From: Rubrivivax sp.
GTDB lineage: Bacteria > Pseudomonadota > Gammaproteobacteria > Burkholderiales > Burkholderiaceae_C
Reading direction: 5' to 3'
NCBI GenBank assembly: GCA_031418855.1
Contig: JANOJR010000260.1
Location: 1 to 56,824, forward strand
DNA length: 56,824 bases
Shown: in pieces, positions 46,451 through 55,143 of the stretch
Layout of the letters: each line of letters starts with the position of its first letter
How positions within the stretch are numbered: position 1 is the first letter of the stretch
Made by a program: the position numbers and the translations under genes
The notes under the pieces: model-generated
What the model was told of the DNA's origin: nothing
Databases searched by the model: none
The model's input: the letters and a program-made list of their open reading frames with translations, nothing else

Positions 46451-47629
46451 ATGAGAACGCTGGAAGGCCTGACGGTCGTCACTTTCGAACACGCGATCGC
46501 GGCACCCTTCTGCACGCGGCATCTGGCCGACCTGGGGGCCCGCGTCATCAAGGTCGAGCGGCCCGGCGCGGGCGACTTCGCGCGCGCTTACGACACCCGG
46601 GCCAAGGGCCTCGCCTCGCACTTCGTCTGGGTCAACCGTTCCAAGGAAAGCCTCACGCTCGACATCAAGCACCGCGAGTCGCAGCCCGTCCTTGACGCGC
46701 TAATCGCGAAAGCCGATGTCGTGGTGCAGAACCTCGCGCCCGGCGCTGCTGCGCGCCTGGGCCTGTCGTGGCAGAAGCTCTCGGCGGGTCACCCGCGGTT
46801 GATCCTGTGCGACATCTCCGGCTATGGCCCCGACGGCCCGTACCGCGACAAGAAAGCCTACGACCTGCTGATCCAGAGCGAAGCGGGCCTGGTCTCCATC
46901 ACCGGCACGCCCGAGGCGCCCGCCAAGACCGGCGCGTCGGTGGCCGATATCGCGGCGGGCATGTACGCCTACAGCAACGTGCTGGCGGCGCTGCTGCGCC
47001 GGGGCACGACCGGCAAGGGTTCGCACATCGAAGTCTCGATGCTGGAAGCCATGACCGAATGGACCAGCTATGCGCTGTACTACACGTATGAGGGCGCCGA
47101 GCCACCGGCGCGCGCGGGCGCTTCGCATGCCGCGATCTTTCCCTATGGCCCTTTCCACGCGGGCGACGGCGCCACGGTGATCCTGGCCGTGCAGAACCAG
47201 CGCGAGTGGGAATCGTTCTGCCGCACGGTGCTTCAGCAACCGGAGATCCTGGCCCATCCCGCGTATGGCGGCAACGCGCAGCGCGTTGCTGCCCAAGCGC
47301 AACTGCGCGCAGAAATCGAAACGGTTTTCCATGGTCTCACGGGGCCACAGCTGGTGGCCCGCCTCGACGAGGCGGGCATCGCCAACGCGCGCATGAACGA
47401 CATGCGCGAGGTGTGGGATCACCCGCAGCTAAAGGCGCGGGACCGCTGGACCACGATCGGCTCGCCGGTGGGCCCACTGCCTGCGCTGCTGCCACCGGGC
47501 ATGAGCCGCCAGGACGACCCGATGATGGGGCCGGTGCCCGCACTGGGCGAGCACACGGACGCCATCCTTGGCGAGCTCGGCTTTGCCGGCCGCGACATTG
47601 AGGCCTTGCGCAAATCGGGCGCGGTGTGA
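46451..47629 (+). CDS. Family III CoA-transferase, itaconate CoA-transferase (Ict)-like
   Basis: EHAIAAPFCTRHLADLGARVIKVERPG, SHFVWVNRSKESL, KKAYDLLIQ, ADIAAG. Confidence 0.9.
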   Translation: MRTLEGLTVVTFEHAIAAPFCTRHLADLGARVIKVERPGAGDFARAYDTRAKGLASHFVWVNRSKESLTLDIKHRESQPVLDALIAKADVVVQNLAPGAAARLGLSWQKLSAGHPRLILCDISGYGPDGPYRDKKAYDLLIQSEAGLVSITGTPEAPAKTGASVADIAAGMYAYSNVLAALLRRGTTGKGSHIEVSMLEAMTEWTSYALYYTYEGAEPPARAGASHAAIFPYGPFHAGDGATVILAVQNQREWESFCRTVLQQPEILAHPAYGGNAQRVAAQAQLRAEIETVFHGLTGPQLVARLDEAGIANARMNDMREVWDHPQLKARDRWTTIGSPVGPLPALLPPGMSRQDDPMMGPVPALGEHTDAILGELGFAGRDIEALRKSGAV

Positions 47630-47657
47630 AGGCCGGCAACAGCACACAGGAGACGAC

Positions 47658-48572
47658 ATGGCAGGCTTGATGGACGGCAAGGTGGTGGTGGTCACGGGCG
47701 CGGGCGGCGGCATCGGCCGAGACATCGCGCTGGCCATGGCGGCGGCGGGTGCATCGGTTGTCGTCAACGACCTGGGTGCATCGCTCACCGGTGAAGGTGC
47801 CGACCAGGGCCCCGCGCAGAGCGTCGTCGCGGAGATCTCCGCGCAGGGTGGCAAGGCGGTCGCCAGCACCGACAGCGTCGCGGCCTGGGACTCGGCGCAG
47901 CGCATCGTCGCGAAAGCTGTCGACACGTTCGGGCGCATCGACTGCGTGGTCAACAACGCTGGCATCCTGCGCGACCGATTCTTCTTCAACATGTCGATCG
48001 ACGAGTGGCAGACGGTGATCGACGTGCACCTGAACGGTTCGTTCTTCATGGCGCGTGCGGCGGCGCCGCACTTCAAGAGCGAGAACGGCGGCTCGCTGGT
48101 CAACATGACGTCGACCTCGGCCCTCATCGGCAACTACGGCCAGGCCAACTACATGGCGGCCAAGCTCGGCATCGCGGGCCTGTCGCGCTCGGTGGCGCTG
48201 GACATGGCGAAATTCAAGGTGCGCTCCAACTGCATCGCGCCCTTTGCGTGGAGCCGCATGATCAGCAGCATCCCCACCGAAACGCCCGACCAGCTCAAGC
48301 GCGTCGAGCGCCTGAAGACGATGGAGACGGCCAAGATCGCACCCCTGGCGGTGTACCTGGCAAGCGACCTGGCCAAGGACGTCACGGCGCAGATCTTCGG
48401 TGTGCGCGCCAACGAGATCTTCCTGTTCTCACAGCCGCGCCCGGTGCGCTCCGTCCACCACGCCGAGGGCTGGACCCCCGAGCGCATCGCGCAGCAGGCC
48501 ATCCCCGCCATGCGTGCCCAGTTCACGCCGCTGGAGCGCAGCCAGGACGTGTTCACCTGGGATCCGATTTGA
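47658..48572 (+). CDS. SDR, 3-hydroxyacyl-CoA dehydrogenase-like
   Basis: TGAGGGIG, VVNDLG, NNAGILRD, GQANYMAAK. Confidence 0.92.
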   Translation: MAGLMDGKVVVVTGAGGGIGRDIALAMAAAGASVVVNDLGASLTGEGADQGPAQSVVAEISAQGGKAVASTDSVAAWDSAQRIVAKAVDTFGRIDCVVNNAGILRDRFFFNMSIDEWQTVIDVHLNGSFFMARAAAPHFKSENGGSLVNMTSTSALIGNYGQANYMAAKLGIAGLSRSVALDMAKFKVRSNCIAPFAWSRMISSIPTETPDQLKRVERLKTMETAKIAPLAVYLASDLAKDVTAQIFGVRANEIFLFSQPRPVRSVHHAEGWTPERIAQQAIPAMRAQFTPLERSQDVFTWDPI

Positions 48573-48607
48573 GCCGGTTTCCTGATTCAACCCGAAGCGA
48601 CAAGACG

Positions 48608-48742
48608 ATGGAATTCAACGACATCCTGTATGCCAAGAAGGTCGGCGTGGCGCGCGTCACGATCAACCGCGAAAAGGTGATGAACGCCTTGCGCGAAAAG
48701 CGCAAGCCCAACTTCCGCGCCGTGCGCGACTGCAAAGATTGA
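48608..48742 (+). pseudogene. Collapsed BadI/MenB-like crotonase (N-terminus joined to C-terminus)
   Basis: 44 aa, MEFNDILY...VARVTINREKVMNAL joined directly to REKRKPNFR. Confidence 0.8.
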
Positions 48743-48746
48743 ACCC

Positions 48747-50780
48747 ATGACGACACCCGCATTCCCGCACTTGCTGGCGCCGCTCGACCTCGGGCGCACG
48801 GTCCTGCGCAACCGCGTTCTGATGGGCTCAATGCACACCCGCATCGACATGCAGGACCAGCCGGTGCGGCGCATGGCGGCCTTCTACGCTGAGCGCGCCA
48901 AGGGCGGTGCGGCGCTGATCGTGACGGGTGGTTGCGCGCCCAACGACGAAGGCCTGATCGAGCCGGGCGCCGCCGTGCTGACCCATTCGCACCAGGCGCT
49001 CGAAGAGCACAAGCCAGTCACCGATGCCGTGCACAGCCACGGCGGCAAGATCCTGCTGCAGCTGCTGCATGCGGGCCGCAACGGCAAGGTCGACAACCTG
49101 GTCGGCGCCTCGGACATCCGCTCGCCGATCAACACACGCACGCCGCGCGCCCTCAGCACCGCAGAGGTCGAGAAAACGGTGGAAGACTTCGTGCGTTGCG
49201 CGAAACTGGCCGAAGAGGCTGGCTACGACGGTGTCGAAGTGATGGGCTCCGAAGGCTACCTCGTGAACCAGTTCACCACGCAGCGTTGCAATAACCGCAG
49301 CGATGAGTGGGGCGGCAGCGCTGAGAAGCGCATGCGCTTTGCGGTCGAGATCGTGCGACGTATCCGCGCGGCCACCGGGCCTGCGTTCATCATTGATTAC
49401 CGCATCTCCGCCATCGACCTCGCCGAAGGCGGCTGCAGCGCCGGGGAGATCGCAGCACTCGCGCAGGCAGTGGAGGCTGCGGGTGCCGACCTGCTGAATA
49501 CCGGCATCGGCTGGCACGAGTCGGTGGTGCCGACCATCGCCTACCCCGTGCCGCGCGGCGCCTTCCGCTTTGCCGTCGCGCGCCTGAAGAAGGCCGTGCG
49601 TATCCCGGTCGTGATGTCCAACCGCATCAACACGCCGGAAATGGCCGAAGACATGCTGGCCAGCGGCGACGCCGATATGGTGTCGATGGCGCGCGGGCTG
49701 CTGGCCGACCCGTTCTTCGTGCAGAAGGCTGCGGCGGGGCTGCCGCAAACCATCAATACCTGCATCGCCTGCAACCAGGCCTGCCTGGACAATGCGTTCA
49801 GCCAGAAGGCGACCAGCTGCATGGTCAACCCCAAGGCCGGTCGCGAGATCGAATTCCTTTCTCCGCCACCGGCGCACAAATTGAATGTCGCGGTCGTCGG
49901 CGCCGGCCCGGCCGGGCTCGCGGCTGCGACACAGGCGGCAGAACGCGGCCACCGGGTCACGCTGTTCGAGGCCTCCGATGTCATCGGCGGCCAACTCAAC
50001 CTGGCGATGCGCGTGCCGGGCAAGATCGAGTTTGCCGAGACGCTGCGCTACTTTCGCGAGCAGTTGGCGCGCAACGGCGTGGACGTGCGCCTGAATACGC
50101 GCGCCACCGCGCAGCAGCTCGCGATGGGTGAATTTGACCGCGTCATCATCGCCACCGGTATTCTGCCGCGCGCGGTGTCATTCCCCGGCGCCGACCATGC
50201 CAAGGTGGTGTCCTACATCGACGTGATCATGGGCCGCAAGACGGCGGGTCGCAGCGTGGCCATCATCGGCACCGGAGGCATCGGCTTCGATGTCGCCGAG
50301 TTGCTGACTTCCTTGCACGCGGCTACGCGCCGCGAGACGCCCGAGGAATTCTTTGAGGACTGGGGCGTGGACACCAGCGCTGCCTCGCCCACCGGCCTGA
50401 AGCCCATGCAAACGCCGCGGGCGCTGCGGCAGGTGACGATCCTGCAGCGCTCGAACACGCGCGTCGGTGAACGCCTGGGCGTGAGTACCGGCTGGATTCA
50501 CCGCAGCAAGCTACGCCGACGCGGCGTAACGACGCTGGCCGGTTGCACCTACGAGCGCGTGGACGACGAGGGCTTGCACATAAGCGTGAACGGCGAGCCC
50601 CGGTTGCTGCCGGTCGACACCGTCGTCATCTGCGCTGGCCAGGAAGTCAACTGTGCGCTCGCCGACGAATTGCTCGCGGCCGGTGTCAAGGTGGATGTGC
50701 TTGGCGGTGCGCACATCGCCAGCGAACTCGATGCCGTTCGCGCCATCGACGAAGGCACGCGCCTAGCCTGGTCACTGTAG
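48747..50780 (+). CDS. fadH: NADPH-dependent 2,4-dienoyl-CoA reductase (FMN/FAD/4Fe-4S)
   Basis: MGSMHT, MGSEGYL, GIGWHE, CIACNQAC...SCMVNP, GAGPAG, GGIGFDV. Confidence 0.9.
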   Translation: MTTPAFPHLLAPLDLGRTVLRNRVLMGSMHTRIDMQDQPVRRMAAFYAERAKGGAALIVTGGCAPNDEGLIEPGAAVLTHSHQALEEHKPVTDAVHSHGGKILLQLLHAGRNGKVDNLVGASDIRSPINTRTPRALSTAEVEKTVEDFVRCAKLAEEAGYDGVEVMGSEGYLVNQFTTQRCNNRSDEWGGSAEKRMRFAVEIVRRIRAATGPAFIIDYRISAIDLAEGGCSAGEIAALAQAVEAAGADLLNTGIGWHESVVPTIAYPVPRGAFRFAVARLKKAVRIPVVMSNRINTPEMAEDMLASGDADMVSMARGLLADPFFVQKAAAGLPQTINTCIACNQACLDNAFSQKATSCMVNPKAGREIEFLSPPPAHKLNVAVVGAGPAGLAAATQAAERGHRVTLFEASDVIGGQLNLAMRVPGKIEFAETLRYFREQLARNGVDVRLNTRATAQQLAMGEFDRVIIATGILPRAVSFPGADHAKVVSYIDVIMGRKTAGRSVAIIGTGGIGFDVAELLTSLHAATRRETPEEFFEDWGVDTSAASPTGLKPMQTPRALRQVTILQRSNTRVGERLGVSTGWIHRSKLRRRGVTTLAGCTYERVDDEGLHISVNGEPRLLPVDTVVICAGQEVNCALADELLAAGVKVDVLGGAHIASELDAVRAIDEGTRLAWSL

Positions 50781-50802
50781 TGAAGCACGCACGGGAGCAC
50801 GC

Positions 50803-51561
50803 ATGGATTTGAAAGACAGGATCATCGTCGTGACTGGCGGCGCATCGGGCATTGGCAAGGCCACCGCGCTGCTGCTGGCGGCGCACGGCGCCACGGTGCA
50901 CATCGGCGATCTCAACTTTGAGGGCGCGCAGCGCACGGTGCAGGAACATGAAAGCGCCGGGCACATGGTGGCGAATGTGGCGGTGACCCAGCTCGACCTG
51001 GCCAAGGCCGACTCGGTCAAGTCATTCGCGCAGACGGTGCTGGCCCAGCATGGCCGCGTCGATGGACTCGTCAACGCCGCAGGTTTCGACCAGGTCGGCC
51101 CGTTCATGAAGAACGACCCGGAACTGTGGGAGCGACTGGTGGCCGTGAACTTGCTGGGCGCGATGCGGCTGACGCAACTGGTCCTGCCGTCGATGATTTC
51201 GTCCAACGCCGGCAAGATCGTCAACATCGCGAGCGACGCCGGACGCGTCGGCAGCATGGGCGAAACCGCCTATGCGGCGACCAAGGGCGGCCTGATCGCA
51301 TTCACCAAGTCGCTGGCGCGTGAGATGGCGCGCTACCAAATCAATGTCAACTGCGTCTGCCCCGGCCCAACCGACACGCCGCTTTTCAACACGCAAGCCT
51401 CCCCGGGGCTGCGCGAGGCGCTGATCAGCGCCATCCCGTTTCGCCGCCTCGGCCAGCCCGAAGACGTGGCGCACGCCGTGCACTACCTCCTGGCGCCGGG
51501 CTCCAACTACGTCACGGGCCAGGTGCTGAGCGTGAGCGGTGGCTTGACGATGGCCGGCTGA
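50803..51561 (+). CDS. SDR, BadH-like (2-hydroxycyclohexanecarboxyl-CoA dehydrogenase type)
   Basis: TGGASGIG, ASDAGRVGSMGETAYAATKGG, VCPGPTDTPL, SVSGGLTM. Confidence 0.88.
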   Translation: MDLKDRIIVVTGGASGIGKATALLLAAHGATVHIGDLNFEGAQRTVQEHESAGHMVANVAVTQLDLAKADSVKSFAQTVLAQHGRVDGLVNAAGFDQVGPFMKNDPELWERLVAVNLLGAMRLTQLVLPSMISSNAGKIVNIASDAGRVGSMGETAYAATKGGLIAFTKSLAREMARYQINVNCVCPGPTDTPLFNTQASPGLREALISAIPFRRLGQPEDVAHAVHYLLAPGSNYVTGQVLSVSGGLTMAG

Positions 51562-51591
51562 CGCCGCGACCCAAAACAAAGGAGACAAGTC

Positions 51592-52047
51592 ATGAGAATC
51601 TTCGCCACGCTGGACGAGCTGCCGCCACTCGTGGGGCAGGACGTCGCGACGAGCGAATGGACCCTGGTGACGCAGGCGCAGATCAACCTGTTCGCCGATG
51701 CGACCGGCGATCACCAGTGGATCCACGTCGACCCGGTTCGCGCCAAGGAAGGGCCCTACGGCACGACCATCGCGCACGGCTTCCTCACGCTGTCGCTGCT
51801 GCCCAGGATGTACGCGACGGCGATCAAGGTCGAGCAGATGCGCATGGGCATCAACTACGGCATGAACAAGGTGCGCTTCCCCGCACCGGTGCCGGTGGGC
51901 AGCCGCCTGCGCTGCCGCATCAAGCTGCTGGCCTGCGAGGAAGTCTCGGGCAATGGCCTGCAGCTCACCTGGGACATGAATGTCGAGCGCGAGGGCGAAC
52001 CCAAGCCGGTGTGCGTGGCGGAGTTCGTCCAGCGCAGGTATCGATGA
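51592..52047 (+). CDS. MaoC/NodN-like dehydratase
   Basis: FADATGDHQWIH, IAHGFLTLSL, NYGMNKVRFP. Confidence 0.92.
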   Translation: MRIFATLDELPPLVGQDVATSEWTLVTQAQINLFADATGDHQWIHVDPVRAKEGPYGTTIAHGFLTLSLLPRMYATAIKVEQMRMGINYGMNKVRFPAPVPVGSRLRCRIKLLACEEVSGNGLQLTWDMNVEREGEPKPVCVAEFVQRRYR

Positions 52048-52814
52048 AGGGCAAGGCGGTTCTGGTCACGGGCGGTTCCGCCGGCATCGGCCTTGCCGTG
52101 GCTCGGCGCATGGCGCTCGACGGCGCTGTGATTGCCATCACCGGCCGGTCCACGGACACCGGCGAGGCGGCGGCGAGTTTGCTGCGCGAGCTGTCGCCCC
52201 GGTCCTTCTTCCTGCAGGGCGACTCATGCGATGCGGCGAGTTGCGCTGCGGTGGCCGCCGAGGCGGCGCGTCGCATGGGACGCGTCGACGTGGTGGTGAG
52301 TTCCGGCGCGCAGAGCCCGCTGGGTCCGATGCCGTTCGCGCAGATGACGGCGGAACAAATCGAAGCCGGTTTGCGCGTCCGCGTCATGGGCCGAATCCTG
52401 CCCGTGCATGCCGCGCTGCCCTACCTGCGCGACGCGGGCGGTGGTTCGGTGGTGATGATCGGCACGGACGCGGCGCGCCATCCCACGCCTGGTGAATCGG
52501 TCATCGGGGCCGCAGGGGCCGCCATCATCCTGATGTCCAAGGCACTCGCACGAGAGCTTGCGACGGACAAGATTCGCGTCAACTCAGTGGCGCTCACGAT
52601 CACGTCGAACACGACCAGCTGGGACCGCATGTTCGCCAGCGAGAGTTTCGGCAGCAAGCTCTTCGCCAAGGCCCTTGCCCGTTTTCCGTCGGGGCGTGCG
52701 CCGACGGCCGACGAAGTTGCCGAGGCCGTGACGTTCTTCGCGAGCGACGCTGCCTCGCAAATTACCGGCCAGACGCTCAGCGTGAATGGCGGCCTGTCGT
52801 TCGGTGGCTGGTGA
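52044..52814 (+). CDS. Atypical SDR lacking YxxxK
   Basis: TGGSAGIG, ITGQTLSVNGG. Catalytic segment reads ESVIGAAGAA. Confidence 0.85.
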   Translation: MKGKAVLVTGGSAGIGLAVARRMALDGAVIAITGRSTDTGEAAASLLRELSPRSFFLQGDSCDAASCAAVAAEAARRMGRVDVVVSSGAQSPLGPMPFAQMTAEQIEAGLRVRVMGRILPVHAALPYLRDAGGGSVVMIGTDAARHPTPGESVIGAAGAAIILMSKALARELATDKIRVNSVALTITSNTTSWDRMFASESFGSKLFAKALARFPSGRAPTADEVAEAVTFFASDAASQITGQTLSVNGGLSFGGW

Positions 52815-52815
52815 G

Positions 52816-52879
52816 TTGAATCCTCTTCCACCGAGACAAACAAAGCTCAAGTGTCAAGGCGGGGTCCTTGGCGCAACAT
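52816..52879 (+). promoter_or_regulatory. Putative internal LysR-activated promoter
   Basis: TTGAAT-CCT-CTTCCA, second site AACAAAGCTCAA, then GTGTCA-N17-CAACAT. Confidence 0.45.
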
Positions 52880-52915
52880 GGGCTGCATCCCGAATTGGCT
52901 CCAGGAGACACAAGC

Positions 52916-53920
52916 ATGATCCAGAAGTTCGCAGCGCGTTGGCTCGCATCAGTCACGTCAGTGGCGTCAGTTGCGTCAATTGCACTAGGCGCCCTCGCAT
53001 TCGCCCCGGCGGCGTTCGCCCAGGCCTATCCGAACAAGCCCATCCGCTTGATCGTGCCGTACGCGGCAGGCGGCCCGACCGATGTGCTGGCCCGCGTGAT
53101 GGCGCAAAAGCTCGGCGAAGCGTTCGGCCATAACGTCTTCGTGGAAAACAGGCCGGGCGCGAATGGCATCACCGGCACCGACGCGATCGCCAAGGCAGCG
53201 CCGGACGGCTACACCATTGGCCTCTCCACGATCGGCCCACTGGCCGTCAACCCCAGCCTCTTCGCGAACATTCCCTACGACTCGCTCAAGGACTTCGCGC
53301 CGATCATGACGCTCGCGCGCTCCTACACCCTGCTCGCCGTGCACCCCAGCGTTCCCGCGAACAACATGCGCGAGCTGATGGCGCTGGTCAAGGCCAACCC
53401 CGGCAAGTACGCGTACGCCACCGGCGGCGTGGGCACCACGCAGCACTTGTCCGGCGAACTGCTCAGCAACGTGGCGGACGTGAAGATGCTGCACGTTCCC
53501 TACAAGGGCGAGGGCGCTGCGCAATCCGACGTGCTCGGCGGGCAGGTGCACATGATGTTCACCAGCACGATCGTCGGCTACAACCACGTGAAGGCAGGCA
53601 AGCTGCGCGCGATGGGTGTCGCCTCGGCCCAGCGCCTGGCGTCGATGCCGGAAGTGCCGACCATTGCTGAAACGTTTCCCGGCTTCGAGGTAACGGCATG
53701 GTTTGGCATGGTGGCCCCGGCTGGCACGCCCGAGCCCATCGTCAAGCGCCTGAACGATGGCTTCCAGGCCGTGCTGAAGAACCCTGAAGTCGCGAAGAAG
53801 CTCGAAGAGCTCGGCGCCGTGCCGGCAGGTGGGCCGCCCTCCGACCTCGCCGCCTTGATTCGCAGCGAATTGCCGAAGTGGCGCGACGTGATTCGCAAAG
53901 CCGACATCAAGGCCGAATAG
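52916..53920 (+). CDS. Bug/TctC substrate-binding protein
   Basis: YPNKPIRLIVPYAAGGPTD, ENRPGA, PDGYT, PYKG. AGGAG RBS. Confidence 0.93.
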   Translation: MIQKFAARWLASVTSVASVASIALGALAFAPAAFAQAYPNKPIRLIVPYAAGGPTDVLARVMAQKLGEAFGHNVFVENRPGANGITGTDAIAKAAPDGYTIGLSTIGPLAVNPSLFANIPYDSLKDFAPIMTLARSYTLLAVHPSVPANNMRELMALVKANPGKYAYATGGVGTTQHLSGELLSNVADVKMLHVPYKGEGAAQSDVLGGQVHMMFTSTIVGYNHVKAGKLRAMGVASAQRLASMPEVPTIAETFPGFEVTAWFGMVAPAGTPEPIVKRLNDGFQAVLKNPEVAKKLEELGAVPAGGPPSDLAALIRSELPKWRDVIRKADIKAE

Positions 53921-53946
53921 GTCAAGCGAACATCGAAGGACACAGC

Positions 53947-55104
53947 GTGGCCCTGGACGCGGAAAGCCTGGCGCAGTTCACCGACACCGTCGCGCGTTTT
54001 GTCCGCGAGCGGCTCGTTCCGGCCGAAGCGCAGGTCGCCGCCGAAGACCGCATTCCCGCCGACCTGCTGCGCGGCATGGGCGAGCTCGGGCTGTTTGGCA
54101 TGACGCTGCCGGCGAAATTCGGCGGCCTCGAGCTCAACGCGTCCGAGGAAGTGCGCGTGGTCTTCGAGCTTTGCTACGCGGCGCCCGCCTTTCGCGGCTA
54201 TCTGGGTGCCAACAACGGCCTGGGTGGGCGTGCCATCCTGGTGGGCGGCAGTGAAACCCTGAAGGACAGGTACCTCCCGGGAATCGCGTCGGGAGCCATC
54301 GTCACGGCATTTGCATTGACCGAACCGGAAACCGGCTCCGACGCCGCCGCGCTGAAGACCAAAGCGACGAAGCAGCCCGACGGCTCCTGGGTGCTCAGTG
54401 GCCGCAAGACGTTCATCACGCATGCCGACATCGCCGACGTGTTCATCGTCGTCGCGCGCAGCGATCCGCAGTCCATCGGGGGCAAGGGTGTCTCCGTGTT
54501 CCTCGTGCCGGGCGAGACACCGGGCCTCATGCGCGGCAAGCCGGAGAAAAAGATGGGCCAGCAGGGCACGCACGTGGCGGAGCTGGCGTTCAACGATTGC
54601 CGCCTGCCGGCCGACGCGCTGTTGGGCGTGGAAGGCCGCGGTTTTGAGCTCACGATGCAGGGCATCGACCGCAGCCGCCTGCACATGGGCGCCATCTGTG
54701 TCGGCATCGCGCGCCGCTTGATCGACGAGTCGCTGAAGTACGCAATGGCGCGCCGCCAGTTCGGCAAGCCGATCGCCGAGTTCCAGCTGGTTCAGGCCAT
54801 GCTCGCCGACAGCCAGGCCGAGATGGCCGCCGCGCGCGCGCTGGTGATCGACAGCGCCACGCGCTGCGACGCAGGCGAGAACATTTCGATGGAAGCGTCG
54901 TGCTGCAAGATGTTCGCCTCGGAGATGGTCGGCCGCGTGGCCGACCGCGCGGTGCAGATCTTCGGCGGCGCGGGCTACATGCAGGACAGCGTGGTCGAGC
55001 GGCTGTACCGAGACGTGCGCGTGTTCCGCATCTACGAAGGCACGACCCAGATCCAGCAGCTCACCATCGCCAAGCACATGATCCGCCGCGCGGCGGCGGG
55101 CTGA
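53947..55104 (+). CDS. Acyl-CoA dehydrogenase (tandem copy 1)
   Basis: FALTEPETGSD, RRQFGKPI, QIFGGAG, RIYEGT. GTG start with GAAGGA RBS. Confidence 0.92.
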   Translation: MALDAESLAQFTDTVARFVRERLVPAEAQVAAEDRIPADLLRGMGELGLFGMTLPAKFGGLELNASEEVRVVFELCYAAPAFRGYLGANNGLGGRAILVGGSETLKDRYLPGIASGAIVTAFALTEPETGSDAAALKTKATKQPDGSWVLSGRKTFITHADIADVFIVVARSDPQSIGGKGVSVFLVPGETPGLMRGKPEKKMGQQGTHVAELAFNDCRLPADALLGVEGRGFELTMQGIDRSRLHMGAICVGIARRLIDESLKYAMARRQFGKPIAEFQLVQAMLADSQAEMAAARALVIDSATRCDAGENISMEASCCKMFASEMVGRVADRAVQIFGGAGYMQDSVVERLYRDVRVFRIYEGTTQIQQLTIAKHMIRRAAAG

Positions 55105-55143
55105 CCCGTGCTCAAGAAGCCCTAACGCGCAGCAAAGGCAAGC

